32,000 nucleotides of DNA from Paramicrosporidium saccamoebae KSL3 (taxonomy: Eukaryota > Fungi > Cryptomycota), in the NCBI GenBank assembly GCA_002794465.1, contig MTSL01000150.1, forward strand, positions 1 to 32,000. The letters run 5' to 3'. Shown piece after piece: positions 1-9,244 of this stretch. The position numbers and the translations under genes are program-made. The first letter of the stretch is position 1; every line of letters begins with the position of its first letter. The notes under the pieces are model-generated. The model searched no databases. It saw nothing but the letters and a program-made list of their open reading frames with translations, and was not told where the DNA came from.

Positions 1-163
1 GGGATAATCAGAACAATCGACGAAGGATAATGAGATCTATATCTTACCATTTGAGGATTATTACTATGCAACTGGGGAGACTATAAAAGGGCTGTTGGAT
101 TAAAAATGAACGGGTTCTCTTCCCGCTTGGCAAAGTCCGTGGTATTATCCCCACTACGCGACA
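1..163 (+). mobile_element. Right part of an LTR (same family as the solo LTR at 24739-24968), truncated by the window edge
   Basis: 7-163 aligns with ~24801-24968. The terminal 47 nt (117-163 vs 24922-24968) match at 42/47 and both end ...CCACTACGCGACA. Contains TATAAAA (82-88) and ATTAAA (99-104). Confidence 0.75.
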
Positions 164-906
164 GCTTGATCGCTGCGACCAATGACAGTAGATTGATTAT
201 TAGGACAGGGAGGCCAATCACACTCGGTGCGTATATATATCCTGATGCCCATTTCATGTACAACAACATGCCTGTAGCTCATGGATCCTATGACTGGTAC
301 TACTTTATACCCTTGAATATCACATGGGCTATGCTTCTTCTAGTTAGCGAAGCCTATCAAGCAAAAATGCAGACGCCAGAGTTGATAATTGAAAAGAGAC
401 TGATGCGTGTAATGTGCTTTTTGGCAGTGCTGTATCCCATCCTTTCGGCAATCCTGAAGTATCGCGCAGCTTATCATCGTAAAATCCGCAAGTGGCAGCA
501 ATTCAACAATGACACAAAGAAGGGCAGCAGTTTAAAGATCTACTTGAAAGAGCTTCTTCAATGCGAGGCCAAAATGGCCCCCGTTAGTCACCCATTCTTC
601 TCCGACATCTGGCATTCCGTTTGTTACATTGCTGCTTGGATACTCTTCCCACGGCCCGTTGTTTGTGTCTATCTGCTAAAGTTTGGACTTTCTTTCCAGC
701 TTGTCCTACTGTTGTTTACGGGATACCAAAAGGGCTCCGTTAAGGATACAGACAGTTTTGTCTACAATGGCCAACATTATAGATATGTATTGCGTGGAAC
801 ATGCTATTCCGGTTTCGAAGATGAGGACCAAAACATGTTGTATTACCCAACTGACGACCTCTGCGGGTTGATTCCGTTCGGTAATCAGAAAATGGTCGAT
901 CAATAA
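106..906 (+). CDS. Hypothetical membrane protein, family A copy 1 (ORF opens at 106 inside the LTR; conserved start probably ATG 268)
   Basis: 266-aa ORF, clearly paralogous to 1160-1810 and 3392-4036 (shared ILKYRAAxHRKxRxWQ, FPRP, FVYNGQxYR, QxxLYYP...GLIP). Several hydrophobic segments. No known family recognised. Confidence 0.8.
   Translation: MNGFSSRLAKSVVLSPLRDSLIAATNDSRLIIRTGRPITLGAYIYPDAHFMYNNMPVAHGSYDWYYFIPLNITWAMLLLVSEAYQAKMQTPELIIEKRLMRVMCFLAVLYPILSAILKYRAAYHRKIRKWQQFNNDTKKGSSLKIYLKELLQCEAKMAPVSHPFFSDIWHSVCYIAAWILFPRPVVCVYLLKFGLSFQLVLLLFTGYQKGSVKDTDSFVYNGQHYRYVLRGTCYSGFEDEDQNMLYYPTDDLCGLIPFGNQKMVDQ
205..246 (+). promoter_or_regulatory. Conserved upstream block of family A genes (CCAAT box plus TATA-like run)
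   Basis: GGAGGCCAATCACA recurs upstream of all three family A genes (~205, ~1112, ~3373). It is followed by TATATA in copies 1 and 2, and by a conserved AAC-ATG start (268, 1172, 3434). Confidence 0.45.
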
Positions 907-1159
907 AGCTAGTGACAAACATTGAGACTTTAACGGAGTGTGCCATCTAGGTATAAACTATGATTTGGCAACGAACCAAGTCGCTTGCCGTGTAGCCTAA
1001 TACTTTAGTGGCTGCGGATAGACTGGGATTATTTTATTAGAGTTGCGGCCTCCAAAAATGGCGGCATATGGGCTGGTGTGGCCGTTCAGGGCATTCCTCC
1101 TCTTTCCAATGGAGGCCAATCACATTTGATGCGGATATATATAACCTGATTCTCATTCC

Positions 1160-1810
1160 ATGCACATTAACATGCCTGTAACTCATGGGTTCTATGACTG
1201 GTACCGCTTTATACCCTTATGTGTCGCCTACGCTATGCTGCATCTAATTTCAGAAGTCTATGACGCAGGAAAGCAGGTGCCCGAGTTGATAGTGGAAGTG
1301 AGAGTGGTGCATGCACTACTTTTTATTGTAATATTACATTCCATCCTTTTGGCAATCCTGAAATATCGCGCAGCCCACCATCGTAAGCTCCGCAGGTGGC
1401 AGCAATTAAACAATAACACAAAGGAGGATAGCAATTTAAAGATCTACTTGAAAGAGCTTCTTCTTTGCGAGGCCAAGATGGCCCCCGTTAGCCACCCATT
1501 CTTCTCCGAGATCTGGCATATACTTTGTTCCATCACCGCTTGGATGCTCTTCCCACGACCCATTGTCGCTGCTTATGTGTTTAATTCCGTAAACCACTCA
1601 ATGTTTGCCCACCTCCTACTAACGGGATACCAAGGGGGCTTTGTCAGAAAGGCAGACAGCTTTGTTTACAATGGCCAACGTTATAGACATGCACTGGAAG
1701 GAACATCTTATTCTGGTTTCAAAGATGAGGATCAAAACATTTTGTATTATCCAACTAACAACCTCTACGGATTGATTCCGTTTGATAATCGGAAAGTGGT
1801 TGACCAATAA
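1160..1810 (+). CDS. Hypothetical membrane protein, family A copy 2
   Basis: 216-aa ORF closely similar to copy 1 along its whole length. The 3' flank is also similar to the copy 1 3' flank. Confidence 0.82.
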   Translation: MHINMPVTHGFYDWYRFIPLCVAYAMLHLISEVYDAGKQVPELIVEVRVVHALLFIVILHSILLAILKYRAAHHRKLRRWQQLNNNTKEDSNLKIYLKELLLCEAKMAPVSHPFFSEIWHILCSITAWMLFPRPIVAAYVFNSVNHSMFAHLLLTGYQGGFVRKADSFVYNGQRYRHALEGTSYSGFKDEDQNILYYPTNNLYGLIPFDNRKVVDQ

Positions 1811-2280
1811 AGCCAGTGGCAAGAATTAAGACTTGAATTAGGTGTGTTATCTAGATGTGAACTATGGCTTGTATATGGACTGAACCGCTTGTCATTTAGG
1901 TGTTGAACTGTATGGCAAGCGGTTTGGTCCATATACGGGCATCATTTGCGGCATTGTAGCCGCGAGCACCAGAAACAGAGCTTCCAGTCGATCATAGAGT
2001 GGGTAATGCAAAGGCCGCTGCCATGTATGTCATTAATAAGCTCCCGAAACTAGCTACTAGCGTGGCCAGTGAGAAGGCTCCGCTGATACTGTAACTAGTA
2101 ATGAACTCCAACGTGTCTGTATTATATGGGCCAAAAGAGGGACACCCAAGTCAACTTTGGGGTCCAGCTGATGGAACCAAACAAAAAATTAGCCAAGTCT
2201 TGCCTCACAGGATAGGTTGGAGCATAATACCCCAGCTACAAAGAAAATCAGAAACAGACGATTGTGAATACGAACAATCT

Positions 2281-3045
2281 TCAACAGAAGCAAAAAGTGT
2301 TCAGGGCAGCGACTCTTAACAGCTCGCCGATCCCAGAGGCGAGCATAAGGCGGGACAACGCAGCAACGAATACTAGCAGGATTCCTTCGTAATTACGCAA
2401 TCCAGACCAAATGTATGTGGAAAAACAGAACGCAAGGATAAGAAGCCACCACTTATGGAAGATTTGAGCAGTTGTGGGCTGGGGAGAGTCACAAACGGCT
2501 ATAAGCGTAATCCCGCAAACCAATACCACAAAGAGTAGAAAAGCTGGACTAACATTGGTGCCCGCCAAGGAAGAGACTCCGTTGATTACGCAATGGATGA
2601 CAAATCCCAGGACTTTGGCCGCACGGGAATCCCAATGAGAGGGCCCAAGGTCAAAATCAGTGTCGATCTCGTGGAATTGGGCCAAAGACCTTATCAGGAA
2701 TGTCTCGCCTGCTTTCAACCGCGAGGGGTACTTTACCAGCATAACAATAACGCCGATTAGGAGGATCGCAATCAACTCACGACACCGCTCTCCCAGAAAT
2801 GGTGCACTCGGTAACAAAAGCAGCCAAATCCACATTACATTCATCTTTGGCTGGTATCCGAAGAGTTGCATGATAAATGTGGTTGCTGTCAACCCAACGC
2901 TCATAAAAAACCGGCTTGCGTCAATAGGAAAGTGGAGGCCACGGCAGAGCGATCCAACTATGAAGCAAATCAGAAGCCGAGGGTTGTTTGTACGCAAAAT
3001 ACGAGCCAGGTGAGAAAGGATGTATGTAGCGTTGAAGACCAACAT
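2281..3045 (-). CDS. Hypothetical multi-pass membrane protein, family B copy 1
   Basis: 254-aa highly hydrophobic ORF. Paralogous to the broken copy at 4598-5364 (NATYIxxHLxRI, WIW, LGxxxHxxIxGxSSLxG, VAxLSxxMLAxG). Confidence 0.78.
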   Translation of the reverse strand: MLVFNATYILSHLARILRTNNPRLLICFIVGSLCRGLHFPIDASRFFMSVGLTATTFIMQLFGYQPKMNVMWIWLLLLPSAPFLGERCRELIAILLIGVIVMLVKYPSRLKAGETFLIRSLAQFHEIDTDFDLGPSHWDSRAAKVLGFVIHCVINGVSSLAGTNVSPAFLLFVVLVCGITLIAVCDSPQPTTAQIFHKWWLLILAFCFSTYIWSGLRNYEGILLVFVAALSRLMLASGIGELLRVAALNTFCFC

Positions 3046-3391
3046 GGTGAGCCCCTTGCCAACTCGCCACGAAGCTTGTTTAATGCATGCATATCGATGA
3101 CCTAATATGGAAGGTTGACTTAAGACGGACCAAAAGGGTAACTAGAGACATGACTGATTATAATTACGCCGAATGTGAGGGATAGACTAATATGCTCTCC
3201 TCTTCAGAGTACTCCATTCATCTTCTCCAATAATGGTGCTATCGAATAGATGTTAATTAATTTTTGATGGGTTCTAGATTAACTGATAGGATCAGTCCCA
3301 TTGGTCAAAGTCTCCGGCAAATGGCAGCAAATAGACTGGTGCGACCATTCAGAGCATTCCTCCTCTTTTCCATGGAGGCCAATCACACTCA

Positions 3392-4036
3392 ATGAATATG
3401 TACATCTTGAGGCATCCATCTGCCCGCATCAACATGGCTACGAGTCAGTTCGTTTATTGGTGTTGTCTCGTTGTATCTCACATGACTCCCCATTGTATGA
3501 TTCCTCTGGTTTGGAATGCTCATTTCGAAGAGGAGAAGATGACAAAGGGTGTTAGACAGGGGCTTGGAATACTCTGCTGTACGGTGCTGCATGTGTTATT
3601 TCTGGCGATCCTTAAGTACCGCGCAGCCCATCATCGCAAGATCCGCAAGTGGCAAAAGTTTGCTGATGATACAAAAGGCGATAGCCAACTCAAGATGTAC
3701 CTGAGAGAGTTGCTCTACTTCGAGGCCAAAGCGGCCCCCATAGATAGTCTGGTCTTTAATGAGGTCTGGAATCTGACCTGTTCCACTGTTGTCAGTATTA
3801 TCTTCCCCCGGCCTGTTGCTCTTGTTTACTTGCTCTGTTTAGTGTTCGCTCCGTTTACCATTTTCATAAGGATGCCACACTACTCCGACGGTCCGTCCAA
3901 GTTTGTCTATAATGGCCAGCGCTATCGATCTGCTGGGGTAGGACTTTATCATCTTGATCTTGAAGGTGAGAAGCAAAGCATTTTGTACTATCCACTTCGT
4001 GATTTCTTTGGACTGATCCCGCTTGGCGATGAGTAA
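3392..4036 (+). CDS. Hypothetical membrane protein, family A copy 3 (more divergent)
   Basis: 214-aa ORF with ILKYRAAHHRKIRKWQ, FPRP, FVYNGQRYR and ILYYP...GLIP. Upstream 3305-3390 resembles the copy 2 upstream 1045-1125. Confidence 0.8.
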   Translation: MNMYILRHPSARINMATSQFVYWCCLVVSHMTPHCMIPLVWNAHFEEEKMTKGVRQGLGILCCTVLHVLFLAILKYRAAHHRKIRKWQKFADDTKGDSQLKMYLRELLYFEAKAAPIDSLVFNEVWNLTCSTVVSIIFPRPVALVYLLCLVFAPFTIFIRMPHYSDGPSKFVYNGQRYRSAGVGLYHLDLEGEKQSILYYPLRDFFGLIPLGDE

Positions 4037-4597
4037 ATGGCTCATTAATGAAACCAGTACGACAGTTGCATTTTGTTTATAAGTTACGTGTGATGGCGAG
4101 GCATAGTGAAATAATCAGTCACGTAAGTCCCGAACTATGACAAAGATCATTTAACGGATTCGGACATATAAAGGATGATTTATACCAGAGCAAGTAGTTT
4201 TAATTTAGAGTGTGTAGTAAGAAATTCCTGTACGTAAGCTGTAGGGCCACCACGAGACAGATATAGCTCATTATTCTGTGGACGGGAGCCTTGCGTCGAA
4301 TACTTGAGTCTCACAGAAGGCATAATGCCCTTATATGAGGTTAAAAACAAACATCCTAGATTGAATTCCTGATCGCTATATGATAGCACTCACAATTAGT
4401 TATTACACAGGAATAACTAGCCTTGTTCTACTTTTAACACCATACCATTAATGGAATTATTATGATCTGCTCGCTTTGGCGATGAAAGTGTGCATGCAAT
4501 CTTGCTCCAATAATAGCACTACGTCATGATATGCTGAGTTATTCCGTTTATTTATGTTTTGACATATACGATTGATACAACATGTCGATGCGTTTAT

Positions 4598-5364
4598 TCA
4601 TGGTTGTAAGCGTAGACTTCGACGGACTGGGGGGCGGGTCGGAGTGCCGTAAGCAAGCATTGCCTGGGATAGGACGGCCACACACGCGAGTACAGTGATC
4701 TCCTGATCCCAGGGCGCAAGAACCAGTCATGAAGATTGTGTATACCCCCAATAGTGTCCATCCTATAAGCAACGGCATATGTGCCCTTGTGCACACCAAG
4801 ATACTGATGGCAAATGCTGCCATAGCGTAAGCAATAAAAAATGGTACATCCACGTACTTAGGCATCTTTAATCCTGTCAAAGATGAAATGCCATAAATAG
4901 TGGCGTGGAGGGCAACACCTAGGATCCTCGACGTCTTGGGATGCAGATAGCTTGGCGCTGGATCGCTGTCCTCAAGGTATCCCACGACAAATTTGACATA
5001 TCTTTCTATTGGGGCCTCGCAGGACCGGTTCAACTGTGGGTCCCACAGAATGGTGGCAATCATCGCCAGCATGAGCGTTGCCGCCCCACGCGAGGCTCTG
5101 TGCCCGCATCAGCAGAGCTCCCAGAGCAATGATCACCCAAATCCACCCGACATGGACATCCATAAATACTCCCGAGTGCAGGGCAGTATATCCTGTGCCA
5201 GCCACGATAAAAGACAAGACAAACCGACTCAAGTATGTCGGGAGATGAAGAGTGGAACATAGGGCCTCAACTAACGAGCTGGTCAGAAGCGGAAAGCCAT
5301 GTATACCGACGATTCGCAAAAGGTGTATGATAATGTAAGTGGCGTTGACGTTGGCGTAAACCAT
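4598..5364 (-). pseudogene. Family B copy 2, interrupted by two +1 frameshifts (pseudogene or assembly indels)
   Basis: Homology to 2281-3045 runs through three successive frames. The span is 767 nt versus 765 nt for the intact copy. Removing one G from GGGG (5084-5087) and one from GGG (4708-4710) restores a 254-aa ORF. Confidence 0.7.
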
Positions 5365-5556
5365 GGCGTATTTCCAAGCCCTCCCCCTCCCCACTCTCAG
5401 CCTCCCGGATAAGCCCTATATATATGCGAGATTTCGAGATAAGATGAATCAGATCGATGAAACGCCACCGTCTTATCGACAACCCCTTTAGAGCAACTGA
5501 TCTAGTGACAATCTCTACCGTACAGCATGTGTCTAGACTTTATATAGTACAACTCG

Positions 5557-6057
5557 CTAATCATCAGACGGCGAATCCTGCATGAAATGTTCAATTGCTG
5601 CAGAAAAGGCTGCAAAGCCGGCACAGCCGAGTAGGGCCGATTTTGGTCCGGATTTTGCACCCAGCACCCCACCCGTTAGACATCCAGCAACCAGCGTATT
5701 TGTCATATCATGCTTTGCCCGATAGGTCTCCACAACACACTCAAAGCCGGAGAAGAGGGCGGCAATGTAGGCAAAGTTTTTGGCGCTGCTCCACGTCCGC
5801 GTGCCCATCTCCTTCAGTATCATTTTAGCCTGCGCCTTTACGCCAACAGCCGGTTGTTGGCCCAACATGGCAGCTTCGGGACCGGTCGAGGCCATTCCCG
5901 AGAGGAATAGTCCCAGCGCACCACCAAATAGGAATCCCATCCCGGAATGTGTCACTACATTAAAGATGCACGACTCTCTCAACATGTCAATATTATGTGG
6001 TGTAGCATATTCTGTCAACTTTTCGTTCAGACGTTCGAGACGGTTGGTTAGGTCCAT
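5557..6057 (-). CDS. TIM22: Mitochondrial inner-membrane translocase subunit Tim22 (Tim17/22/23 family)
   Basis: RESC...GxxFGGALGLF, SSAKNFAxIAALFSGxECVVETYRAKHD, GCLTGG and GCAGFAAFSAAIE are diagnostic Tim22 motifs. Confidence 0.95.
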   Translation of the reverse strand: MDLTNRLERLNEKLTEYATPHNIDMLRESCIFNVVTHSGMGFLFGGALGLFLSGMASTGPEAAMLGQQPAVGVKAQAKMILKEMGTRTWSSAKNFAYIAALFSGFECVVETYRAKHDMTNTLVAGCLTGGVLGAKSGPKSALLGCAGFAAFSAAIEHFMQDSPSDD

Positions 6058-6075
6058 CGGCCTATTGCCCCTGCA

Positions 6076-7113
6076 ATGACCAGTCCAGCGAAAAAGACGA
6101 CAAGCAGCACCGCCAGTTTTTTCTTTAGAGCAAAACCGAAAAAACTGTTATCCGAGGTGAAGCGAGTTTTAGATAATGTGGAGACAATTGAGGTGATTGA
6201 CAGTGACGACGATGGTGGCGATGGCAACGATGGGATTGGAGACAGACGGTCAAAGAGGCCAAGGAAGGTCGAGACAGAGATAGGAAATGTTGAGAGAGAG
6301 ATAACGATAATTGAAGACGAGCCAAGGAAAAGCTTATCCAAAGTTAAAAAGCACCCTCCTCTCCCTGCCATCTCCAGTCCCGCTCCAGAAACATCCAATG
6401 TTGTGCCCGTGTTGACCAACGAGCCCACTGTTCCAGGTTCGCCTGTGAAACTTGTGATCCACGACAACTTTCCCTACTACCAGCAGGACAAAGGCCCCCA
6501 TCGCTACGAGTACTTTATTCTCTCTGTATTCTCAATGGTTCTGAGCTGATGTGTAGAATGCGCCCATCTCGAAACTGTACAAAACACATTGCAAGGAGAG
6601 AAAGCTAAACTTTTATTCCATCATCCTGACCTGTGATGGTGTTCGTCTCTTTGCTTCTGCGACACCTGCGTCCTTGGGTGTCCACTCTGGCTCCATTTCT
6701 GTCAGTACTCGTGTCAGCAGTGTCTCAATATAGATGCCTTCCTAGAAAATGACTATCATCGGAGTGAAAAGGAACAAGCCTTACAGAGAGAGGCATTATT
6801 GGCCGTGGCGACTGACAATACCGAGTTGTGGCAACACATAACACCAAAAGACACTCTTCATAGTGCCGAGTCGTTAGATTGTCCCTCCGAGTGGACATTG
6901 AACATCAAATCGTCCAAAACCGAGCCAATTCAGATTCGGGCAAATCCCCACGAACCGCTGCAATCTTCGGCTCTGGATTCCATTCGAACACAGCTACACA
7001 TACCATCCAATCGCCCGCTTAAGCTTGTTTTTGACGGAATGACACTCGACCTCACTCAGACGCCCGTTCAGTTGCAACTTGAAGATGATGATCTCCTCGA
7101 GCTGCTTTTTTAG
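6076..7113 (+). CDS. Esc2/Rad60/NIP45-like protein with two SUMO-like domains; 3 exons (6076-6525, 6557-6704, 6734-7113)
   Basis: Splicing introns 6526-6556 (31 nt) and 6705-6733 (29 nt) joins a SUMO-like domain (YEYFILSNAPISKL...DGVRLFASATPASLG) to a C-terminal SUMO-like domain (LKLVFDGMTLDLTQTPVQLQLEDDDLLELLF) behind a charged low-complexity N-terminus. Confidence 0.8.
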
Positions 7114-7297
7114 ACTAATTTTGTTTATAAACCACTGTTCTCATTGTTGCAAGAATTTTAGAGGCCAGAAAAAGGGTCTTTTGATTGTAATCGGAAATCT
7201 TGCATATCATGAGCCTGAACAGGCATTACCTTGAGGTGCGGGAATCTACAAACTCTTTGCCTTGGCCCAATCTCACGTCTAATTGTAATATTGTTTA

Positions 7298-7579
7298 TTA
7301 TAAGGGAGGTCCGGCTTGTTGGGCCTGCATGCCCACCTCTGCAAGCTGGCTGGAGACGACTTCGAGGACATCAAAAAACTTGTTAAGACAGCGCTGTGAA
7401 CACACCGATTCGCCCTTGTTCAGCTCGCCATCCCGGTACACGGGCGGGATGCATTTTGCTCCACATTGCTTCACTGCCCGCATAAACACCATATCCATCA
7501 TTTCTATTTGCTGTTCCAGCTGCACCACCGCCGCAGAGGGCGCCTCTTCATGTCCACCACCGCCAAAGAACCAGACCAT
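7298..7579 (-). CDS. TIM10: Small Tim chaperone Tim10 (twin CX3C)
   Basis: CGAKC and CSQRC twin CX3C motifs with the Tim10-typical YxDGELNKGESVC. Confidence 0.9.
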   Translation of the reverse strand: MVWFFGGGGHEEAPSAAVVQLEQQIEMMDMVFMRAVKQCGAKCIPPVYRDGELNKGESVCSQRCLNKFFDVLEVVSSQLAEVGMQAQQAGPPL

Positions 7580-7624
7580 GGGGAAGAGTCTTAGAAAAGA
7601 ATATTGAAATTCACGTTTATTCCG

Positions 7625-8060
7625 TTAATGTGCAATCAAAGAGAGCAGAGAGAGGGTGCATTCCAACTGAAACATGGTGCCCACGGTAAAGATTTCCTTG
7701 AACAGCGCCGCGATTGACACTATGGGATGGGAGAGGGGCGATTCAAGAATCATGATGCGCGCTTTGAGAGAATCAATCTCCGATTGCAATTGAACGAGTC
7801 GCTCCTCGTAATATGCCACCATCTTGCCTCCCGAACAGCTGCAACCGCTCTGCATGAACAGAAACTCAGTCTACACCTTAATCACCATCCATGGCCCATG
7901 GCCTTACCGTGGCGGAGCTGAGCACACCGGTGCCGTTGTTGGACAGCACGTCGGGGTCAAACCACTCCATTTCACTATCCGAAGAAATGACAGAGAAGGA
8001 GCCACGCAGGGAACGAGGCGACATGCTGCTGCAGCAGCTCTTTGTGCCTTGGCGACGCAT
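7625..8060 (-). CDS. Small hypothetical coiled-coil protein; 2 exons (8060-7908, 7870-7625)
   Basis: An intron at 7907-7871 (GTAAGG...GTGTAG, 37 nt, phase 0) joins ORF 7878-8060 in frame to ORF 7625-7855. Heptad-like YEERLVQLQSEIDSLKARIMILE. Confidence 0.55.
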
Positions 8061-8191
8061 CCGGCGGCCTGGCCTATTTTGGACATTATTTGGACCAATC
8101 CAGGGCTAAGCGAGTGGTGATTGGATGGCGCTTTAATGGCATGATAATCAATTTGTTGTTTATTGGGTGTGACATGGAGCAGTAAGCTCGG

Positions 8192-9057
8192 TTGTTTAAG
8201 CTCATGTTGCTCCTTGCATTGCTGGTGTGGATATTGGCGCTGGCGACTGCTAATTTAGTTTCGGCGTTTGGAAATTTCGCACATCGTCTGATTGCTACGC
8301 TTGTATGGGAACGTCTTGAGCCGGACACTCGCATTGGCATCCGCTCCCTCATTGGAGCTAGCTCCTTTAGCTCGTTGGCATGTTGGGCCGACGAAGTAAA
8401 GCACCAGCCGGAATACAAGTGGACCCAGCGTTTGCATTTTGCGGACATGCCGGACGATCCTCCCACGTATTGTGCCGTTGACTTTACTGCGGATGACAAT
8501 GTCGTGTCGGCGGCAATCAACTTTACCAGACGAGCACGGAAAAGCAAGGAGGATTTGGCGTTCATGATTCACTTCTTAATGGACCTGCACATGCCGATGC
8601 ATTGTAGTCCCTAGGTTCTGGCTGATCTTGTAGTGACTGCCAAGAAGAATGGCGGAAACCGGGTAAAGTTGCTCGATACTAGTGGCGAGAGGAACAGAAG
8701 AATAACCCTGCATTATTTGCTCGATTCCTTCATCTTTCACGTAATACTGACATTGTGGCTCAGGTTTAGAGAATAGTGCACCTTTCACATCAGGGGAGCT
8801 ACTCGCGATTTTTCCGACTACTCCGATCACGACGTACCAAGCACCGTCCCTGTTTGCCCACCCACTGTCTGGAGTCTTGTGTATGGAAATGGACCCGACA
8901 CAGTAGCATGTTAAATTGTCGTCATTTCTGGAATCTTCCCACCAACATGCTCGTCGACTCGTATGTCATGATGCACCACGAGGCCGTCATCAAGTTGCTC
9001 CTCCTCACTGCCGATCGCGTCGCCGAAGCTCTCCACAATGTTTTCCTTGACATTTGA
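8192..9057 (+). CDS. Secreted S1/P1 family nuclease; 3 exons (8192-8603, 8634-8740, 8770-9057), ~268 aa
   Basis: Signal peptide ending VSA, then FGNFAH, WADEVK, LHFAD, HFLMDLHMPMH, GGN, LHYLLD and the C-terminal helix (LTADRVAEALHNVF). Introns of 30 nt (8604-8633) and 29 nt (8741-8769) restore the frame. Confidence 0.9.
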
Positions 9058-9172
9058 AACTATTAGTACTCAAAACATAATGAAGTTTTAAATGGCCATT
9101 ATAACAGAGTATACCAATATTGATGTTATACTTGCGGACCATGGATAGGGATTGTTGCGTGATGGCAGCATT

Positions 9173-9244
9173 ATCGCGCTATCACGTTACCACGTTAACA
9201 CGTTACCACTTTATCACTTTATCACGTTATCACGTCACCACAGG
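9173..9244. repeat. 8-bp tandem repeat (ATCACGTT-like), ~9 degenerate copies
   Basis: atcgcgct atcacgtt accacgtt aacacgtt accacttt atcacttt atcacgtt atcacgtc accacagg. Confidence 0.75.

Noticed and set aside
117-163. Conserved repeat end as an snRNA (the reverse strand has GTAGTGGGG, as in the U1 3' region)
   Set aside because: No Sm site or U1 5' end is present. TG...CA termini, a TSD and TATA/poly(A) signals fit an LTR better.
5094-5142. 49-nt intron as the explanation for the first frameshift in B2
   Set aside because: The GTGGAT donor does not fit the GTA pattern, and splicing would delete the conserved WIW transmembrane segment.
6510-6556. 47-nt intron using the GTACTT donor in the Esc2-like gene
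   Set aside because: Phase 2 leads to a stop in exon 2. The GTATTC donor at 6526 keeps the frame and completes the SUMO-like strand.
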